Source: Eledone cirrhosa
Taxonomy: Eukaryota
Length of the DNA stretch: 64,000 bases
Direction of reading: 5' to 3'
Assembly: GCA_964016885.1 (NCBI GenBank)
Contig: OZ024746.1
Location: 3,658,001-3,722,000 of the forward strand
The number at the start of each line of letters is the position of its first letter. Positions within the stretch are counted from its first letter, which is position 1. This document shows, piece by piece, positions 1 to 16,980 of this stretch. A program made the position numbers and the translations under genes. The notes below the pieces were generated by a model that saw only the letters and a program-made list of their open reading frames with translations, was not told where the DNA came from and did not search any database.

Positions 1-1
1 T

Positions 2-322
2 TGGGACCACACATTGAAAACGTGTTCTGTTGTGGAGATCAGCTGCCCACTTGATGTAAACGTTGTCAGAAAAATACAGGAGAAGGAGGACATCTACGGA
101 CCATTGATGAGGAGTTTACAAATCCAGTATCCAAGATACACCTTTAGCTTCATACCCATCATTATTGGTGCTACGGGTTATATACCAACCCGCTTGGACC
201 AAAGTATGACTGAACTTGGATTTGTGGACAAAAAGCGCAGCTCCCTAATTCATAGTCTACAAATGGCTGCGATAGCTGGCACCTTCAAAATTTGCAAAAC
301 ATTCTTGCGATTCAAGGGATGA
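2..322 (+). mobile_element. 3' end of a non-LTR retrotransposon ORF, restriction-like endonuclease (RLE) domain; 5' part lies outside the window
   Basis: Translation WDHTLKTCSVVEISCPLDVN..KEDIYGPL..FIPIIIGATG matches the RLE pattern (W/D..K...VE(I/V)xCP.D.N...K...Y..L...P(I/V)xxGxxG). Followed by an ~80-nt 3' UTR and an (ACAT)n tract. Confidence 0.8.
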
Positions 323-401
323 CAATTTCTTTTCTTTTACAACCTTGCCACCAGGAAGGTGGCCGGTCAAAAAAATATACTCGAAATTAAGAGAAAGAGA
401 A

Positions 402-515
402 CACATACATACATACATACATACATTCACGCATACATACATACATACATGCATACATACATACATACATACATACATACATACATACATACATACACAC
501 ATACATACATACATA
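402..515. repeat. (ACAT)n microsatellite directly 3' of the RLE element
   Basis: Tandem acat units visible in the sequence. Confidence 0.95.
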
Positions 516-728
516 CTGCGTTATTATATCCAAACTATCTGACGTTTTAGGCGTCTGTGAAACTTTAATAATGCATACCTCAGTCAAACTGTTAATAATA
601 CTATTTAACATCCACATCATGTTGAATGATCTAATCTTTCATGTATACATCCTATTCACTCATCCACTTATTCGCTCTGTCTCCGGACACACACATATGT
701 ATTATGTGTGTATATACATATATATATG

Positions 729-797
<69 letters not shown>

Positions 798-1757
798 GCA
801 TATACATGTATATACACACATACATATGTGTGTGTGTGTAGGTGGGATGCCTTTTAGTCAGTTTTAATTTTAACTCTTTCATTCCTAAATCTTATGTATT
901 TCCTGTTAACTACATAATTTCCAGAATTTTTTTCTCACATAACCAAACGTTATGTTATTTACAGTGTATATTCAAGATATTATACTATATTTTATTCAAT
1001 TACTACATTAAAATGAACTAAAGTATAAGTTTGTGCTACCAGTAGCAATTATTCTGTTTGTACAATGTGCCACCCGGCACAAATTAATAGCCGACACACT
1101 CGCTTGTGGTGGTGTTTCCTCTCTGAAGACCTTCTGCTGTCTAACTCCCCTGAGAGTTTCTTAGTACCAAGTTTGTGCTAGCGATGTATTTGATATCAGA
1201 AGTAATCACTCAGTTTGTTCAATCTGTCACAGTTTCAATTTCTAGTTGAAGCCATTTTAACTGACTTTCAACAACAATGTCCCTTCCGGAAGAAATTTAC
1301 TGTGGTCAGACTTGGTATGATGGATCTACAAAATAGATTATCAAGAATTAGATATTCAAGGCGCTCTGTAATTTACAAAGGAGTTGAAAGTCCAAGCTGT
1401 CGTCGTATTGGTTTCCATATGAATAAATTATATAAAAAATTATGTAAATAATTATATAAATTATATAATTATATAAATTGCGATCCACTTTATTGATTAT
1501 GCAATCCAACACTTGGGGTTACTGCAATATTGTTAGCCCAGAATTTCCAAAATATAGACTTCCCACGATGAAAATTTAATGAGGAACTAGCGGAATGGCC
1601 CGGCGTTGCTCGGGATTTGCTCTAGGGTTCTTATATATTTGATATATATTTATCCTTATCGAGCCTCGTGAAATAAATACGTTTGTTTATATTTTGTTAT
1701 TGTGTATGCAAAAATATCTGTACACGATTATATAATTATATATATATATATATATAT

Positions 1758-1996
1758 ATTATTAGAAATGTAAGCTATCACCGTATTTTGACTAAAGAAA
1801 TTAAAGAAATTATTTAGCCTAATAGTGGGGTTAAGAACCCTCGGAGAAATGGAAATTTCACAAATGTTTCTCCGAGGGTTCTTAACCCCACTATCAGGCT
1901 AAATAATTTCTTTAATTTCTTTAGTCAAAATACGGGGATAGCTTACATTTCTAATAATTTCAAACCCACTCGCTGTTTCGAAAATATTCTTACTTG
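1758..1996. mobile_element. Fold-back element in (TA)n: ~92-bp inverted arms plus a one-sided extension
   Basis: 1758-1849 is the reverse complement of 1867-1958 with 2 mismatches; flanked by TA runs. Confidence 0.85.
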
Positions 1997-2010
1997 ATAT
2001 ATATATATAT

Positions 2011-2130
2011 TAAAATAACAGATTAAAGTTTAAGCAAAGAATCGCTGCTTTCACCCTTAACGGGATCTTCTGAAACTAACAAAATCAATCTGTGAACGCA
2101 GAAGTAAATATTTCGAAAAACGTTACACGC
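2011..2130. mobile_element. Short TA-embedded element, same family as the fold-back at 62972-63107
   Basis: Shared TAAAATAACAGATTA(A/G)AGTTTAAGCAAAG..AACGGGATCTTCTGAA. Confidence 0.75.
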
Positions 2131-2177
<47 letters not shown>

Positions 2178-2758
2178 ACACACACACATACAGCGTCATA
2201 ATGTCGTAATGCAAACAGCCAGACATACAGACAGATATTATAAAGGCGCAACGTTATATCTATGTATCTATCTAAAAAGAGAAAGACTAAGAATTATAGA
2301 GAGATCGCTAAATCGCCTAATGCGGTCACTAGGGCTTTGAAAATTTGAAATATCTTTTGCTCAAAACACTCACAGGACCATAAGTATTACATGTATAAAG
2401 TTTGAAAACAATCGGTTGGGTGGTTCTCGAGATTTAGTGAGCTGACAGACAGATTCTCTGTTTTAGAAATATAGATAAGCGACGAAAAGATGACTTGCCT
2501 TACATATACTACGTAAAGATGAAGAATTCTAGGGTGACCCACTGAGCTAATAGGTGAGAAGGCTCACCCCGAGTCAGCCAGGAAAGCTATTAATTTCAGC
2601 TGTTCACACTAGACAGTTCACATCGCATATCTGTGGAACATATGGTTGCAAATTCTTGTGCAACTGTTGAAAGAAGGGGCAGGTTTCTTTTAAGCGCTGA
2701 TAGTAAGGGTTGAGTGGAATAGGAAAGAGGGTCAGAGAAAGAACGACTGATTGAGAGA

Positions 2759-2843
<85 letters not shown>

Positions 2844-2956
2844 GTAGATAGATGAAACAAAAATGTTTTGTCAGATAATTAACTCCAGCTGATATATATA
2901 TAAATACACACACATTATATATATACACACATATATATATACATACATAATTTTTT

Positions 2957-3050
<94 letters not shown>

Positions 3051-3067
3051 TTATATATTTATATATG

Positions 3068-3101
<34 letters not shown>

Positions 3102-3422
3102 AACATGAACGACTTTGAAATACATATTACGTACGTATATGTCATCAGGAAACTAAACGTAAGAAATATTTTCATGTACCATCTGATAATGCACTGATGA
3201 CTAGTAAACTAAGAAACACAAAATATCAACAAAATCATTGAAGATTAGACAATAATACGCAAATGAAAATAAATGCTATTTCTAATTAGCAAGCAGCAGC
3301 CGAATGAAAAAAGACGCATAATAAAATATAAATAGAGACTTTAACGTCTAAGTCGTTGGGGTGCCATCTTGGATATTTTAAATCTGTTCAGGCGTAACAC
3401 AGCCGATATCTTCCAGAGAAAG

Positions 3423-3476
<54 letters not shown>

Positions 3477-4184
3477 GGGAAGAACCAACCCCAGTATTGA
3501 ATTGGTTCTTTATCACCTGTCGTTCTAATCACTGCCAATTCGCCTTACATTACATATACAGTAGTTATGAATATTATAATTCCACTGATGGTAGACTCAT
3601 GGCTGCAGTGCCTTTCATTTATAAATGTTTGTACACGTTTAGATTGGGACACAGCAACAGCAACCATAAGAGGGCTTCTACATGGCCTCTCGACTTGCGG
3701 CGCTAATTGCCTCAAATTATACCTTACTACTTGAAAAAAAAAGGAAGAGAACATGTTAGGTAATGTATTCCTATATATCCCTAAAAGTACAATTAGAAAG
3801 ACTTTGAACATAGTCTGGCTCAACCAACACTTACAATAATCAATCTTCTAACCACCAAATTAGAAAATTTGATGTTGAAACTTTATGAAGAAATCCCCAA
3901 AGCTTTTATGTACAGGCAAACACCTAGGTATCTAGAGTTGTTTTTTAATATATATTTTCGCATCAAGGTAACTTTCGCTTTATGAAATGATGAGAAAACA
4001 AATATATTTTAATAATGTAGGAGGTGAACGAAGGCTCGTTATTTAAACACACCACTCCCACCTGTTGACATTGTGTATATCGGTTTACAGGCTGAGTTAT
4101 ATACAAGTTGGCACGAAGGGTGTGTTCAACCATTCTGTTTACTTTCAGTCTTTTTCACATCTTATCGTTTTTATGAGAAATTCC

Positions 4185-4313
<129 letters not shown>

Positions 4314-5223
4314 GAGAGAGTGTGTAACAAAAACAAAGTATATTTGGGACAAGGCGAAATAATAATAAAAAAATAATAAAAAATCTATATATTGACAACC
4401 CTGGAACTCAAACATAAATGTAGATTTATAGCAAACAAATGCAATTCTACTCCTTTTTAAACGTCTGTCACAGATCTCAAAGTTCATTTCCTCTCTAAAC
4501 ACTATTTTCTCTAGGCTGACATTCAATTCAAACCTTGTTATTTTCGAAGGTAAAACAGAATTAATTAAGAATATGTAAACCTCTTCATTCATTCTGAATA
4601 CACCGTTCGCAATAGAATATGGAGTAGAGTATACACATGTGTAAAGAGAACAGGTCAGATACACTGTTCAGTCCGGTTTCTTTCTAAGCTGGTGTTTAAA
4701 TAAACGTAAGAAATTTCTAAACAGAAAGCAAAAAAACTAAGCGCACAAAGATTAAAATTAAAAGATAAAAAAATCACGATAAAAGACCGAGAATACGCAA
4801 CAGCAAAGATCTCAAATGATGTTTGTGTTATGACCCTGTTGGCATCAAAGACAGACTTTACTGAATTATTAAACAGGGTTGCTATCAGATATATCGATTT
4901 CAAACCCACCAGTGATATATATTTTATATAATTTATCAGATAGTGTACACAATCTGTAAAGATTAAACATTTATCAAATATATTGACGAGAATCTACATT
5001 AAATATTAACAAGAATGTTAGCTTTGTAATCTAGATGGACTAATGTAACCTTCTCTATACTATCATAATCACAATGTCCTTCATAGTAACACGCTATCAC
5101 TAACATTGCAGAAGATTTTCACAAAATCCTAACGTTAACATAACCACCAACACAAACCCCACCATTACTTATACAGTTTATAACAACTATTTAATTTAAT
5201 GAAGACAATATTAATACTTATAG

Positions 5224-5505
5224 TGGAGCTGTGTGGCCTAGTGGTAAGGGTGTTGGACTTACGGATATTATATCGTGGGTACGATTCTTGGACTGGGTTG
5301 TGTGTTGTGTATTGTGTTCTGGTGCTAAACACTTGATTTCATGTTGCTCCAGTACACTCAGCTGAAAATGAGTAGCAGCAACAGCGGGGGTTTAACCCTG
5401 CGATAAACTGGCGTCCTGTCCGGGGAAAGATATTCTCAGTCGCTTAACGCCACGAAGCTGGGATAAGCACCGGCCTGACAGCCTCCTGGCTTGAGACAGC
5501 CTTTA
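5224..5505 (+). mobile_element. tRNA-derived SINE (family B), near full length
   Basis: A-box TGGCCTAGTGG, degenerate B-box GGTACGATTC, CORE-like middle, and 3' GGGATAAGCACCGGCCTGAC shared with 13745-13858. Confidence 0.75.
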
Positions 5506-5899
5506 GAATATTAACACTTACATTAACGCATGACTTTAAACTTTAGATGAAGGAAGAATCAATTGAATCTCAACAGATGCTAGGTATATATTTCACCAAA
5601 CTCGGAGCGGGTGAAACATAAAATACTATATACAGCATGGCATTCAGCCCGATACTTAAAAGTTGCAGTCACCCCACCACCGCTGTTACAAGGCCTATAT
5701 ATTTGAATTTAGGTACAAGGTCAGCAAATTTGTGGAAAATGCAAAGTTGATTATATCAGCCCTAGTTCTTTGCCAGAACAATTACCACAATGGCATTTTA
5801 ACTGATGCTCTACCGATTCTACCAATCCACTTCTCTTAAAACCAATTTTAGAATCTCATTAGTGTTGGAAAGTACATAATAGAAAAAGGACGGACAAAT

Positions 5900-6062
5900 A
5901 CCATACAGCATTTTATTTTATCCTTTCACGTTCTGAGTTCAAATCCTGCCTAGGTTAACCTCACCTTCCATTCATCTGGAGTCAATGGAATTAGTACCAG
6001 ACTTGTACTCAAGCCGAGGTATTGCACTACTTTCTATAAAAGTATGAAGTCTTGTGCGAAAT
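5900..6062 (+). mobile_element. Diverged SINE family A copy
   Basis: TTCTGAGTTCAAATCC B-box followed by degenerate CCTTCCATTCATCTGGAGTCAAT..AGTACCAG. Confidence 0.6.
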
Positions 6063-6239
6063 CGATATTTGAACCTCTATCACAGCCACGACTTTTAGTT
6101 AATGAGATCGATTCACAATTACCTGATTCCGGCTTTCATTCCACAGCTCATCATTTTAAGTCGTATTTTCTATCATAGCTTCGAGCTGTCCACGATCTTG
6201 TGAATGGCATTTGGTAGATGTCAACTGTGCGAAAGCCTG

Positions 6240-6325
<86 letters not shown>

Positions 6326-6627
6326 TCGCCCACAAACTCTTGAACTTAAGTTCTCTTATCGCTGTGGTCTTGGATTTTCTTACCTTAAGTTGCTCGCACA
6401 TTGCTCGGTTTCTTGTTTTTTCCGCTGTTTTCTCTTTTCTCCCCTTTTGCCTTCTATTTTCCTTGCCCCCTCCTCCGTTTTCCCCAATAACTTACCCAGT
6501 TATTGGACGCTCTGGGGTAGATATATTGTCTTCAAAGCGTGGAAATATCCGAGACCCCCAGTAGACAACTGATGAGGACCCCCCCCACGGTCCTTCCTTT
6601 CTTCTTATTCTCACTCCATTTTAAGCT

Positions 6628-8245
<1,618 letters not shown>

Positions 8246-8250
<5 letters not shown>

Positions 8251-9414
8251 ATAAATGCTCTGAAATAGCGATATATATGTGAATATAGACATAGAATATT
8301 CGAAAATATTCTGTATGTTTATAATAAACATTTTGAAGACCTAATCGCTATAGAATAGAATACGTCACGTATTACAATTAGATTCTCGATAAAAGCAAGG
8401 GAAGTAATCTACGCGTTTCATTCTTGTTAGAAATCATCAGGACTACATATCCAGTGCTTTTATCGAGAATGACACAGCTAGAGACTTATAGAATACTTAG
8501 CTGTGTACAGGAACTGGTTTGAAAGAGCGGTTGCCGGTCCGGCAGAAATTAGAAATTGGAATAAATGCTCTGAAATAGCGATATATATGTGAATATAGAC
8601 ATAGAATATTCGAAAATATTCTGTATGTTTATAATAAACATTTTGAAGACCTAATCGCTATAGAATAGAATACGTCACGTATTACAATTAGATTCTCGAT
8701 AAAAGCAAGGGAAGTAATCTACGCGTTTCATTCTTGTTAGAAATCATCAGGACTACATATCCAGTGCTTTTATCGAGAATGACACAGCTAGAGACTTATA
8801 GAATACTTAGCTGTGTACAGGAACTGGTTTGAAAGAGCGGTTGCCGGTCCGGCAGAAATTAGAAATTGGAATAAATGCTCTGAAATAGCGATATATATGT
8901 GAATATAGACATAGAATATTCGAAAATATTCTGTATGTTTATAATAAACATTTTGAAGACCTAATCGCTATAGAATAGAATACGTCACGTATTACAATTA
9001 GATTCTCGATAAAAGCAAGGGAAGTAATCTACGCGTTTCATTCTTGTTAGAAATCATCAGGACTACATATCCAGTGCTTTTACCGAGAATGACACAGCTA
9101 GAGACTTATAGAATACTTAGCTGTGTACAGGAACTGGTTTGAAAGAGCGGTTGCCGGTCCGGCAGAAATTAGAAATTGGAATAAATGCTCTGAAATAGCG
9201 ATATATATGTGAATATAGACATAGAATATTCTCGATAAAAGCACTGGATATGTAGTCCTGATGATTTCTAACAAGAATGAAACGCGTAGATTACTTCCCT
9301 TGCTTTTATCGAGAATCTAATTGTAATACGTGACGTATTCTATTCTATAGCGATTAGGTCTTCAAAATGTTTATTATAAACATACAGAATATTTTCGAAT
9401 ATTCTATGTCTATA

Positions 9415-9418
<4 letters not shown>
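8246..9418 (-). mobile_element. Retrozyme/Penelope-like array 1: three 310-bp units plus a partial unit, then a ~190-bp inverted segment, inside (TA)n
   Basis: TTGGAATAAATG recurs at 8246, 8556, 8866 and 9176. 9229-9418 is the reverse complement of part of the unit. Each unit carries a hammerhead. Confidence 0.88.
8404..8446 (-). ncRNA. Minimal type I hammerhead ribozyme (also 8714-8756 and 9024-9066 on -, 9252-9294 on +)
   Basis: GTAGTC-CTGATGA-TTTCTAACAAGAAT-GAAACGCGTA-GATTAC: stem I GTAGTC/GATTAC, stem II TTCT/AGAA, palindromic stem III ACGCGT, GUA triplet. Confidence 0.88.
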
Positions 9419-10472
<1,054 letters not shown>

Positions 10473-10847
10473 CACCCCCCCACACACACCTTCCTGAACA
10501 TGCAACCCCGTTCTTCCCCCAACCCTCACTTTCACATACACACACACACACACGCACACCTAACCACACACACCACCTTCAGCCCTCCTCGCTCGGACAC
10601 CCGTCTCCCTCTCCCCACTCCACCCGCCTACACCTCTACTCACCCCACACCCTTCCACCACCAGTTTACCCCCCTTTTAATTTCAGTTTATTTTGATCAT
10701 GCCTTTATTTTTAAATGTTCTCATTCCTTGTATTTTGATCATGCTTTATTTATATTTATTATTTATTATATTTTTGTCTTTATTTGTTAATTTTTCATTC
10801 GCACCGTTTCCTTTCGCTATATGTCTCTCCACCACTCCCCTACACAC

Positions 10848-11047
10848 NNNNNNNNNNNNNNNNNNNNNNNNNNNNNNNNNNNNNNNNNNNNNNNNNNNNN
10901 NNNNNNNNNNNNNNNNNNNNNNNNNNNNNNNNNNNNNNNNNNNNNNNNNNNNNNNNNNNNNNNNNNNNNNNNNNNNNNNNNNNNNNNNNNNNNNNNNNNN
11001 NNNNNNNNNNNNNNNNNNNNNNNNNNNNNNNNNNNNNNNNNNNNNNN
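10848..11047. other. Assembly gap (200 N)
   Basis: Run of N. Confidence 0.99.
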
Positions 11048-11069
11048 TCGCAAAACTAATTCATCGCCG

Positions 11070-12401
<1,332 letters not shown>

Positions 12402-13259
12402 CGATGATGATGCTATGATGATATATAAGTGTGTGTGTGTGTGTGTGTGCGTGTTGTGGGTATATTTATGTGTGTGTATGTGTTCTTCAATGATTCATAT
12501 CAAAGTATGATATAAACGTCACTAAGAATATCGAAGAGTCGTTGCTTTAGTAACAGAGTTCCTTGCCTCAAGTTCTTCGTTTCTGTCAGAGTTGAAGTGA
12601 ACAAGTCATTGGCCCGATGGACATTTGTAACCAACCAACAAACCTATTGTTTACAAAGTGTTACATAAATTGTTTGACATTAAGTTCATTAATCCGAACA
12701 TCTAAGCTTTCCCTCTCGCTATTCTCTCAAAAGCTGCCACTCCTGCATTACTACCGCAACACCACGTGCAACAATTAAACAAAAAGAAGTAATGACAGTG
12801 GTAGTAACATGCAGCAATATGAGAATCTAGTACTGACTTCATTTAACAAACATATAACCGATGTGTAAGTGACCTCTGTCTCAATATGATATATGGGAAT
12901 CTAAAAAATCTCGTTTAAGTATTCTAAGTTATTCTGATGAAGCTCTTGTTTTTTTCTGTTCCTATTGAAATATTATCCAACGCTGTCAATGACTAGAAAA
13001 CTAATCGTTCAGTGGAAGAACAGTTATAAATTACGTAATAGAATCAACCCTGAAAGCAAGCAGAAACCTGTTAATGTTTGCATAAATAATAACTAGTTAT
13101 ATTAGAGTTGAAGGTCCCCAGCATAAAACTTCGAATGTTGTACAATAAAGGTGATACAAACCATAGTATTAATCTGTTATGATTCTGTTATTGATTTCTT
13201 TTGTTTAAGCTTCATGCTTCCTATTTATTGCGTAGTAGAAATAAAGATTCTGCTACACT

Positions 13260-13449
13260 AATTGTCACTACTTTTGGCACAAGGCCAGCAATTATCCAGT
13301 GTATTACTGGTACTTTATTTTATCGACTTCGTAAGGATGAAAAGCAAAGTTAACCTCGGCGGGATTTGAACTCAGAATGGCAAGGGCCGTAACTCTATGC
13401 GTCAAAGCATGGCGCCCGAACCTCTACCGGTACTGCCAATCCACCGCCC
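13260..13449 (-). mobile_element. tRNA-derived SINE family A
   Basis: Minus strand GGCGGTGGATTGGCAGTACCGGTAGAG..GAGTTCAAATCCCGCCGAGGTTAACTTTGCTTTTCATCCTTACG..GTCGATAAAATAAAGTACCAG; more than 10 related copies in the window. Confidence 0.85.
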
Positions 13450-13744
13450 TCTGCTACACTAATGACTTCACATGAGAAACGAAGCCAGGTTGAAGCTTCA
13501 GTTCTCTACTGTTTATTGATAATATCACAACAGTTACAGATACAAGGATGGCAGCCACATAATCATAGAATACGGAAATAGTAATAATAAACGATACTGT
13601 AGCAGTAGCGGCATTCCGTCGGTTACGACGATGAGTGTTCCAATTGATACAATCAAAGGAACAAATTGCTCTATAAATTAAATTAAATCAAATCACCCTC
13701 CCCCTCCTTTCTTACGTAACTTAATAATCCTTGCTTCCCCAACT

Positions 13745-13858
13745 TGTGGACTGGCGTCCTGTCCAGGGGGGAGTCTTGTACTATCAGTCGCTTCACGCCA
13801 TGAAACCGGGATAAGCACCGGCCTGACGAGCCTGCTGACTTGAGACAGACTTTAGACT
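13745..13858 (+). mobile_element. 3' part of SINE family B
   Basis: GACTGGCGTCCTGTCC..GAAACCGGGATAAGCACCGGCCTGACGAGCC matches 5405-5505. Confidence 0.7.
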
Positions 13859-14428
13859 TCAGTATATACCCTTAAAGCGGCAGGATGTTCATGGCTGGAA
13901 GGGCTCTCATCAAGAACATTCCATTCAGTATTCTGTAACTCCTAAAGACGATAAACTAGGATTTGGTTGCTATTTAAAAAAAAAGGTTCAGAGATTATGT
14001 TGAGTCCAACTTCGTATGTATGTCTCTAGCTTGCGTATGTATATTTCTAGATTTAGAAATATCCACGTCATTGTATTTACCTGTATATAACAAACATTTT
14101 ATTTACCTGCATTTGGTGACAATAACTTCCTTGCAATGTAATAAAAACGGCAAAAAAAAAAGAAGAGAAATAAGAGACAATCTGTTCCAGTTTCTCCATG
14201 TCAGATATCCAAATAACCAATGCGATAATATGTCCTAGCAGTAACAGTATTTACAGCTGAAAATATATAGGAAAATAAGATAGAAATGAAGACTTACCTA
14301 ACAGTTAAATCATTTGTAATTCTGAACATATATACCTGCAAAATATACAACAGAAAACAAGAGTTCATTTATCTGTAAATAGTAGCGTAAACTATATTTA
14401 TCTGCAAATCGCAATGAAAACAATCCTG

Positions 14429-14474
<46 letters not shown>

Positions 14475-14670
14475 ATACTTGGGGAGGGTCATATTTGCGT
14501 AATATTGCCAGAATTAATAACAGAACACACTCACTGTTTCGACACACGATTTCATATAAAAAAACTCGCTAAACTATATATATATATATATATATATATT
14601 ATGGAATACTGTTGGCTTTCTGCTACAATATTTTCTATACCTTTCATTTATATATATAGATATATAATAT

Positions 14671-14855
14671 CTGTTTCTACTTTAGGCACAAGGCCAGCAA
14701 TTACCCAGTTCATTACTGGTACTTTATTTTATCGACCCTGTAAGGATGAAAGGCAAAGTCAACCTCGGCGGGATTTGAACTCAGATCGTAAAGGGACGTA
14801 ACTATGCTGGAAAGCATGGCGTCCGACCCTCTACTGATACTGCCAATTCACCGCA
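14671..14855 (-). mobile_element. SINE family A
   Basis: Homologous to 13260-13449. Confidence 0.85.
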
Positions 14856-15324
14856 GTATATATATTACATATATATTATATATATATATATAATAGTATA
14901 TATATTATATATATATTATATATATATATATATATAATAGTATATATATTATATATATATTATATATATATATATAATATCAAGCTGGGTTCTTCCGGTT
15001 TTACTGTGTCAAATGTCCAAATTCACTTTAGCGTTATAACTAATGCCAAGATATTTTAGCGTTTATCATATTTTCTGCTCAAAATCTGTTGGAAAATAAA
15101 GAGCGAAAAGTAAAATAAAAGGCTACAGTAAAATGTCTGATGTGACTAAGCTCCCTACAATATATACATTTAAATATGATTTATGTAATGTACATTCTGC
15201 ACCACTGGATATTACATGTATTTGTGAAATACTAAGTTATAATAATTTAGGCGGTTCAATCTCCCGTAACATTCTCTATTTCAGCATTTTCATGATTGAT
15301 TTCAGAAATAAATACTGTCTAACG

Positions 15325-15336
15325 CACACACACACA

Positions 15337-15367
<31 letters not shown>

Positions 15368-15394
15368 TCTCTCTCTCTCTCACACACACACACA

Positions 15395-15481
<87 letters not shown>

Positions 15482-15571
15482 TCTCTTCATCTCTCTCTCT
15501 CTCACACACACACTCTCTCTCTCACACACACACACACACTCTCTCTCACACACACACACACTCTCTCTTCA

Positions 15572-15618
<47 letters not shown>

Positions 15619-15636
15619 CTCCCTCTCTCTCTCTCC

Positions 15637-15680
<44 letters not shown>
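15325..15680. repeat. Compound (CA)n/(CT)n microsatellite
   Basis: Direct inspection. Confidence 0.9.
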
Positions 15681-15681
<1 letters not shown>

Positions 15682-15826
15682 GTACTCAGATACATACACT
15701 TAGATACACACATACGAAACACGCACACACAGAAAAAGACAGACATATACATACATGGACATATACCTCTTTCTCTTCTCTCTTTAACTTCACTCCTCTC
15801 TCTCTCTCTCTCTCTCTCTCTCCCTG

Positions 15827-15859
<33 letters not shown>

Positions 15860-16559
15860 GAGTGTGTGCGTGTGCATGCATATATGTATATATAAACATA
15901 GAGGCACATATACTTACCTATACACACCAACACACTAAAACAAATATTAATATTCACTCTTTTTAGACACAAACTCTCTCCCCCTCTCTCTCTCTCTCAC
16001 ACACACAAACACACAAACACACACTCACACAAACACACACTCACACACACACACGCACATTGTTTTGTGTAATTCCGGTTCCTCTAACTTAATGTCCTTA
16101 ATATTCAGATTCCTTCAGCTCCTGTCTAACAGATACACAACTGACGTATGTGTACACAGCTCATATTTAGACATACAAACACTTGTATATAACAAATAAA
16201 AACACATACATACATAGGTACACACATGTATACACACACACAATAGAAGTGTATATGAAAATATATGTTATAGTTTGTATAGAATAAACATATGGGTAGC
16301 CTCGATATCGTAAAGTATTGGCCTAGAAATAGACTAGAGTCGATATAGAGTTTTGCATGATCATCATTTGCTGGGCATGCTCATTTGCATATAGCAATTA
16401 AAACCTTCGGCTGGAAGAGCTCATTTGCATATAGTACGAACTTAACTGGTTGTATTTAATTGGCAGTAGCATTTACTACTGACTTTAATGACTATTTAGT
16501 ATTTAAATACGGACACATTTCTTTCTTGTGTTCAGACCTATAATTATCAGAGGGGGGGG

Positions 16560-16762
16560 GGGGTTTGCAGAATTTGTAGGGCGTGGTATGAAATGACATT
16601 ACGGTATTCTGGCCCTTTACGTTCGAATCCCGTCGCAGTCAACTTTGCCTTTCATCCTTCCAGGGTCAATAAAATTATAGTACCAGTTAAATACTGGGTT
16701 GATTTCATTAACTTAGCTCTTGCTACAAATATTGTCCCTGTGCTTTAAACTAGAAATCAATA
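16560..16762 (+). mobile_element. Diverged SINE family A copy
   Basis: GTTCGAATCCC B-box then AACTTTGCCTTTCATCCTTCCAGGGTCAATAAAATTATAGTACCAG. Confidence 0.7.
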
Positions 16763-16913
16763 TTGGAACAGCTATAACAATTAAAGTGATCGGCTTCAGG
16801 TGTGTATATGTGAAAGTCTGTGTATATGAAAGTGTGTGTATGTGCAAATGTGTGCCAGTGTATGCACAGGTATGTGTATGTGGTGCAAGTGTATGCATGT
16901 TAAGGTGTGCCAA

Positions 16914-16978
<65 letters not shown>

Positions 16979-16980
<2 letters not shown>

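Larger units (their letters stand above)
1586..2476 (+). mobile_element. Probable non-autonomous Helentron/DINE-like element with nested insertions
   Basis: 5' ACTAG..CCCGGCGTTGCTCGGG short hairpin (1586-1614). 3' end GTTTGAAAACAATCGGTTG..GACAGACAGA..ATATAGAT (2400-2476) resembles HINE/DINE-1-type termini. Confidence 0.55.

Noticed and set aside
2596-2675. Possible minus-strand exon (acceptor [34 protein letters not shown])
   Set aside because: Too short, with no recognisable domain or partner exons; needs RNA-seq.
3194-3217. CTGATGA-CTAGTAAACTAA-GAAAC hammerhead-like core
   Set aside because: No stem I or stem III pairing; it could be chance in AT-rich DNA.
12480-12655. Possible minus-strand exon-like unique stretch
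   Set aside because: Only short frames with no recognisable homology.
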